In this document: positions 57,591 to 64,000 of the stretch, in pieces
Position numbering within the stretch: the first letter of the stretch is position 1
Layout: each line of letters begins with the position of its first letter
DNA from: Eledone cirrhosa
Lineage: Eukaryota
Assembly (NCBI GenBank): GCA_964016885.1
Contig: OZ024758.1
Coordinates: forward strand, 38,192,001 to 38,256,000
Reading direction: 5' to 3'
Length of the DNA stretch: 64,000 bases
Program-made: the position numbers and the translations under genes
Notes under the pieces: generated by a model
Seen by the model: the letters and a program-made list of their open reading frames with translations, nothing else
Database searches by the model: none
Told to the model about the DNA's origin: nothing

Positions 57591-60500
57591 TAAGTTCATG
57601 GTATTAACTGTCAGAAGTAACTCCACTGTTGGTGAGAATTCATTTAAGTTCATGGTATTAGCTGTCAGAAGTAACTCCACTGTTGGTGAGAATTCATTTA
57701 AGTTCATGGTATTAGCTGTCAGAAGGAACTCCAATGTTGGTGAGAATTCATTTAAGTCATGGTACTAGCTGTCAGAAGTAACTCCACTGTTGGTGAGAAT
57801 TAATTTAAGTTCATGGTATTAGCTGTCAGAAGGAACGCCACTGTTGGTGAGAATTCATTTAAGTTCATGGTATTAGCAGTCAGAAGTAACTCCACTGTTG
57901 GTGAGAATTCATTTAAGTTCATGGTACTAGCTGTCAGAAGTAACTCCAATGTTGGTGAGAATTCATTTAAGTTCATGGTATTAGCTGTCAGAAGGAACTC
58001 CACTGTTGCTGAGAATTCATTTAAGTTCATGGTATTAGCTGTCAGAAGTAACTCCACTGTTGGTGAGAATTCATTTAAGTTCATGGTACTAGCTGTCAGA
58101 AGTAACTCCACTGTTGGTGAGAATTCATTTAAGTTCATGGTATTAGCTGTCAGAAGTCACTCCAATGTTGGTGAGAATTCATTTAAGTTCATGGTATTAG
58201 CTGTCAGAAGTCACTCCACTGTTGGTGAGAATTCATTTAAGTTCATGGTACTAGCTGTCAGAAGTAACCCCAATGTTGGTGAGAATTCATTTAAGTTCAT
58301 GGTATTAGCTGTCAGAAGTCACTCCAATGTTGGTGAGAATTCATTTAAGTTCATGGTATTAGCTGTCAGAAGTAACTCCACTGTTGGTGAGAATTCATTT
58401 AAGTTCATGGTATTAGTTTGTCAGAAGTAACTCCACTGTTGGTGAGAATTCATTTAAGTCATGGTACTAGCTGTCAGAAGTAACTCCAATGTTGGTGAGA
58501 ATTCATTTAAGTCATGGTATTAGCTGTCAGAAGTAACTCTAATGTTGGTGAGAATTCATTTAAGTTCATGGTATTAGCTGTCAGAAGTAACTCCACTGTT
58601 GGTGAGAATTCATTTAAGTTCATGGTATTAGCTGTCAGAAGTAACTCCACTGTTGGTGAGAATTCATTTAAGTTGATGGTACTAGCTGTCAGAAGTAACT
58701 CCACTGTTGGTGAGAATTCATTTAAGTTCATGGTATTAGTTTGTCAGAAGTAACTCCACTGTTGGTGAGAATTCATTTAAGTCATGGTATTAGTTGTCAG
58801 AAGTAACTCCAATGTTGGTGAGAATTCATTTAAGTTCATGGTATTAGCTGTCAGAAGGAACTCCACTGTTGGTGAGAATTCATTTAAGTTCATGGTATTA
58901 GCTGTCAGAAGGAACTCCAATGTTGGTGAGAATTCATTTAAGTTCATGGTACTAGCTGTCAGAAGTAACCCCAATGTTGGTGAGAATTCATTTAAGTTCA
59001 TGGTATTAGCTGTCAGAAGTCACTCCAATGTTGGTGAGAATTCATTTAAGTTCATGGTATTAGCTGTCAGAAGGAACGCCACTGTTGGTGAGAATTCATT
59101 TACGTTCATGGTATTAGCTGTCAGAAGTCACTCCACTGTTGGTGAGAATTCATTTAAGTTCATGGTACTAGCTGTCAGAAGAAACTCCAATGTTGGTGAG
59201 AATTCATTTAAGTTCATGGTACTAGCTGTCAGAAGTAACTCCACTGTTGGTGAGAATTCATTTAAGTTCATGGTATTAGTTTGTCAGAAGTAACTCTACT
59301 GTTGGTGAGAATTCATTTAAGTCATGGTATTAGTTGTCAGAAGTAACTCCAATGTTGGTGAGAATTCATTTAAGTTCATGGTACTAGCTGTCAGAAGTAA
59401 CTCCACTGTTGGTGAGAATTCATTTAAGTTCATGGTATTAGCTGTCAGAGGTAACTCCACTGTTGGTGAGAATTCATTTAAGTCATGGTATTAGCTGTCA
59501 GAAGTAACTCCAATGTTTGTGAGAATTCATTTAAGTCATGGTACTAGCTGTCAGAAGTAACTCCAATGTTGGTGAGAATTCATTTAAGTACATGTTATTA
59601 GCTATCAGAAGTAACTCCACTGTTGGTGAGAATTCATTTAAGTTCATGGTATTAGCTGTCAGAAGTAACTCCACTGTTGGTGAGAATTCATTTAAGTCAT
59701 GGTATTAGCTGTCAGAAGTAACTCCAATGTTGGTGAGAATTCATTTAAGTTCATGGTATTAGCTGTCAGAAGGAACTCCACTGTTGCTGAGAATTCATTT
59801 AAGTTCATGGTATTAGCTGTCAGAAGTAACTCCACTGTTGGTGAGAATTCATTTAAGTTCATGGTACTAGCTGTCAGAAGTAACTCCACTGTTGGTGAGA
59901 ATTCATTTAAGTTCATGGTATTAGCTGTCAGAAGTCACTCCAATGTTGGTGAGAATTCATTTAAGTTCATGGTATTAGCTGTCAGAAGTCACTCCACTGT
60001 TGGTGAGAATTCATTTAAGTTCATGGTACTAGCTGTCAGAAGTAACCCCAATGTTGGTGAGAATTCATTTAAGTTCATGGTATTAGCTGTCAGAAGTCAC
60101 TCCAATGTTGGTGAGAATTCATTTAAGTTCATGGTATTAGCTGTCAGAAGTAACTCCACTGTTGGTGAGAATTCATTTAAGTTCATGGTATTAGTTTGTC
60201 AGAAGTAACTCCACTGTTGGTGAGAATTCATTTAAGTCATGGTACTAGCTGTCAGAAGTAACTCCAATGTTGGTGAGAATTCATTTAAGTCATGGTATTA
60301 GCTGTCAGAAGTAACTCCAATGTTGGTGAGAATTCATTTAAGTTCATGGTATTAGCTGTCTGAAGTAACTCCACTGTTGGTGAGAATTCATTTAAGTTCA
60401 TGGTATTAGCTGTCAGAAGTAACTCCACTGTTGGTGAGAATTCATTTAAGTTGATGGTACTAGCTGTCAGAAGTAACTCCACTGTTGGTGAGAATTCATT

Positions 60501-63500
60501 TAAGTTCATGGTATTAGTTTGTCAGAAGTAACTCCACTGTTGGTGAGAATTCATTTAAGTCATGGTATTAGTTGTCAGAAGTCACTCCACTGTTGGTGAG
60601 AATTCATTTAAGTTCATGGTACTAGCTGTCAGAAATAACCCCAATGTTGGTGAGAATTCATTTAAGTTCATGGTATTAGCTGTCAGAAGTCACTCCAATG
60701 TTGGTGAGAATTCATTTAAGTTCATGGTATTAGCTGTCAGAAGTAACTCCACTGTTGGTGAGAATTCATTTAAGTTCATGGTATTAGCTGTCAGAAGTAA
60801 CTCCACTGTTGGTGAGAATTCATTTAATTCATGGTATTAGCTGTCAGAAATAACTCCATTGTTGGTGAGAATTCATTTAAGTCATGGTACTAGCTGTCAG
60901 AAGTAACTCCAATGTTGGTGAGAATTCATTTAAGTCATGGTACTAGCTGTCAGAAGTAACTCCAATGTTGGTGAGAATTCATTTAAGTTCATGGTATTAG
61001 CTGTCAGAAGTAACTCCACTGTTGGTGAGAATTCATTTAAGTTCATGGTACTAGCTGTCAGAAGTAACTCCAATGTTGGTGAGAATTCATTTAAGTTCAT
61101 GGTATTAGCTGTCAGAAGGAACTCCACTGTTGCTGAGAATTCATTTAAGTTCATGGTATTAGCTGTCAGAAGTAACTCCACTGTTGGTGAGAATTCATTT
61201 AAGTTCATGGTACTAGCTGTCAGAAGTAACTCCACTGTTGGTGAGAATTCATTTAAGTTCATGGTATTAGCTGTCAGAAGTCACTCCAATGTTGGTGAGA
61301 ATTCATTTAAGTTCATGGTATTAGCTGTCAGAAGTCACTCCACTGTTGGTGAGAATTCATTTAAGTTCATGGTACTAGCTGTCAGAAGTAACCCCAATGT
61401 TGGTGAGAATTCATTTAAGTTCATGGTATTAGCTGTCAGAAGTCACTCCAATGTTGGTGAGAATTCATTTAAGTTCATGGTATTAGCTGTCAGAAGTAAC
61501 TCCACTGTTGGTGAGAATTCATTTAAGTTCATGGTATTAGTTTGTCAGAAGTAACTCCACTGTTGGTGAGAATTCATTTAAGTCATGGTACTAGCTGTCA
61601 GAAGTAACTCCAATGTTGGTGAGAATTCATTTAAGTCATGGTATTAGCTGTCAGAAGTAACTCCAATGTTGGTGAGAATTCATTTAAGTTCATGGTATTA
61701 GCTGTCAGAAGTAACTCCACTGTTGGTGAGAATTCATTTAAGTTCATGGTATTAGCTGTCAGAAGTAACTCCACTGTTGGTGAGAATTCATTTAAGTTGA
61801 TGGTACTAGCTGTCAGAAGTAACTCCACTGTTGGTGAGAATTCATTTAAGTTCATGGTATTAGTTTGTCAGAAGTAACTCCACTGTTGGTGAGAATTCAT
61901 TTAAGTCATGGTATTAGTTGTCAGAAGTCACTCCACTGTTGGTGAGAATTCATTTAAGTTCATGGTACTAGCTGTCAGAAATAACCCCAATGTTGGTGAG
62001 AATTCATTTAAGTTCATGGTATTAGCTGTCAGAAGTCACTCCAATGTTGGTGAGAATTCATTTAAGTTCATGGTATTAGCTGTCAGAAGTAACTCCACTG
62101 TTGGTGAGAATTCATTTAAGTTCATGGTATTAGCTGTCAGAAGTAACTCCACTGTTGGTGAGAATTCATTTAATTCATGGTATTAGCTGTCAGAAATAAC
62201 TCCATTGTTGGTGAGAATTCATTTAAGTCATGGTACTAGCTGTCAGAAGTAACTCCAATGTTGGTGAGAATTCATTTAAGTCATGGTACTAGCTGTCAGA
62301 AGTAACTCCAATGTTGGTGAGAATTCATTTAAGTTCATGGTATTAGCTGTCAGAAGGAACTCCACTGTTGGTGAGAATTCATTTAAGTTCATGGTATTAG
62401 CTGTCAGAAGTAACTCCACTGTTGGTGAGAATTCATTTAAGTTCATGGTATTAGCAGTCAGAAGTAACTCCACTGTTGGTGAGAATTCATTTAAGTTCAT
62501 GGTACTAGCTGTCAGAAGTAACTCCAATGTTGGTGAGAATTCATTTAAGTTCATGGTATTAGCTGTCAGAAGTAACTCCACTGTTGGTGAGAATTCATTT
62601 AAGTCATGGTATTAGCTGTCAGAAGTAACTCCAATGTTGGTGAGAATTCATTTAAGTTCATGGTATTAGCTGTCAGAAGTAACTCCACTGTTGGTGAGAA
62701 TTCATTTAAGTTCATGGTACTAGCTGTCAGAAGTAACTCCACTGTTGGTGAGAATTCATTTAAGTTCATGGTATTAGTTTGTCAGAAGTAACTCCACTGT
62801 TGGTGAGAATTCATTTAAGTCATGGTATTAGTGTCAGAAGTAACTCCAATGTTGGTGAGAATTCATTTAAGTTCATGGTACTAGCTGTCAGAAGTAACTC
62901 CACTGTTGGTGAGAATTCATTTAAGTCATGGTATTAGCTGTCAGAAGTAACTCCAATGTTGGTGAGAATTCATTTAAGTCATGGTACTAGCTGTCAGAAG
63001 TAACTCCAATGTTGGTGAGAATTCATTTAAGTTCATGGTATTAGCTGTCAGAAGTAACTCCACTGTTGGTGAGAATTCATTTAAGTTCATGGTATTAGCT
63101 GTCAGAAGTAACTCCACTGTTGGTGAGAATTCATTTAAGTTCATGGTATTAGCTGTCAGAAGTAACTCCACTGTTGGTGAGAATTCATTTAAGTTCATGG
63201 TATTAGCTGTCAGAAGGAACTCCAATGTTGGTGAGAATTCATTTAAGTCATGGTACTAGCTGTCAGAAGTAACTCCACTGTTGGTGAGAATTAATTTAAG
63301 TTCATGGTATTAGCTGTCAGAAGGAACGCCACTGTTGGTGAGAATTCATTTAAGTTCACGGTATTAGCTGTCAGAAGTAACTCCACTGTTGGTGAGAATT
63401 CATTTAAGTTCATGGTACTAGCTGTCAGATGTAACTCCAATGTTGGTGAAAATTCATTTAAGTTCATGGTATTAGCTGTCAGAAGGAACTCCACTGTTGC

Positions 63501-64000
63501 TGAGAATTCATTTAAGTTCATGGTATTAGCTGTCAGAAGTAACTCCACTGTTGGTGAGAATTCATTTAAGTTCATGGTACTAGCTGTCAGAAGTAACTCC
63601 ACTGTTGGTGAGAATTCATTTAAGTTCATGGTATTAGCTGTCAGAAGTCACTCCAATGTTGGTGAGAATTCATTTAAGTTCATGGTATTAGCTGTCAGAA
63701 GTCACTCCACTGTTGGTGAGAATTCATTTAAGTTGATGGTACTAGCTGTCAGAAGTAACCCCAATGTTGGTGAGAATTCATTTAAGTTCATGGTATTAGC
63801 TGTCAGAAGTCACTCCAATGTTGGTGAGAATTCATTTAAGTTCATGGTATTAGCTGTCAGAAGTTACTCCACTGTTGGTGAGAATTCATTTAAGTTCATG
63901 GTATTAGTTTGTCAGAAGTAACTCCACTGTTGGTGAGAATTCATTTAAGTCATGGTACTAGCTGTCAGAAGTAACTCCAATGTTGGTGAGAATTCATTTA

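Larger units (their letters stand above)
1..64000. repeat. Satellite DNA tandem array, 54-bp monomer (53/55-bp indel variants), about 1,190 head-to-tail copies, extending past both window edges
   Basis: The same unit recurs every 53-55 bp from the first to the last base (ATG of the unit at 13, 67, 121, 174...). Most copies differ from consensus at 0-3 positions. No unique sequence or inversion was seen. Confidence 0.99.
44000..64000. repeat. Satellite sub-domain D, a C-derived mosaic with additional markers
   Basis: New markers agaggtaac (44422), aagtacatg (~44561), gctatcag (~44576), gagaactc (~44764), aacaccaat (~44803), ttaactgtc (~44950) and agaaataactccatt (~46306). These are interleaved with C-type blocks at ~49.7-51.3 kb and ~62.3-64 kb. 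Confidence 0.75.

Noticed and set aside
356-63629. Minus-strand ORFs of repeated MNLNEFSPTVELLLTANT (apparent bidirectional coding)
   Set aside because: These mirror the same repeat. The common gtcact variant introduces TGA stops and the indels shift frame. A stop-free 18-codon frame is not unusual by chance.
174-63921. Plus-strand ORFs of repeated MVLAVRSNSTVGENSFKF (up to 259 aa) as a repetitive protein gene
   Set aside because: The frame is broken every few monomers by 53-bp units. Stop-creating variants exist and some are amplified (gaattaa from ~30136, gtataa ~41448, ggttag ~39164, gtctga ~60358). There are no unique terminal domains. Openness follows from the 54-bp unit length.
1-64000. 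CRISPR array or cassette-type diversity system (constant region plus variable segment)
   Set aside because: The variable segment differs by only 1-3 substitutions drawn from a small reused set. There are no unique spacers, leader, or cas, recombinase or reverse transcriptase genes in the window.
1-64000. CENP-B box or telomeric repeat motifs
   Set aside because: The CENP-B box core needs TTCG...CGGG, which I did not find. TTAG is followed by C or T, not by GG.
1-64000. Tandem small RNA genes (tRNA, 5S, snRNA, spliced leader)
   Set aside because: The 54-bp unit is too short for a gene plus spacer and shows no recognisable cloverleaf or conserved RNA motif. An Rfam/Infernal search was not run.
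1-64000. Synthetic EcoRI-ligated concatemer or rolling-circle/sequencing artefact
   Set aside because: All units share one orientation, the EcoRI site is itself mutated in heritable patterns (gacaattc, gaatac, gataattc, gaatta, gaactc), and variants are hierarchically shared, as expected of natural array evolution.
1-64000. Assignment to a named satellite family or species
   Set aside because: I do not reliably recognise the monomer; a database search is needed.

Overview
The whole 64 kb window is one uninterrupted, single-orientation satellite DNA array. The monomer is 54 bp (consensus ATGGTATTAGCTGTCAGAAGTAACTCCACTGTTGGTGAGAATTCATTTAAGTTC; 20/54 G+C, no CpG, one EcoRI and one AluI site), with roughly 1,190 copies and frequent 53-bp variants. 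I see no genes, RNA genes, transposons or CRISPR spacers. All ORFs in the track arise because 54 is divisible by 3 and one frame per strand lacks stops. The information lies in the ordering of variant monomers: four sequential sub-domains with private markers, conserved multi-monomer cassettes, nested tandem duplications of about 0.1-4.7 kb, one 12.6-kb-offset copy, a +1/-1 compensated monomer, hybrid junction monomers, and several variants that improve a small internal inverted repeat. The pattern resembles eukaryotic (peri)centromeric or heterochromatic satellite, but the organism, satellite family and function cannot be established from this sequence. I found no supportable novel protein-coding system. 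Counts and boundaries were read by eye, with offsets taken from the ORF track, and are approximate.
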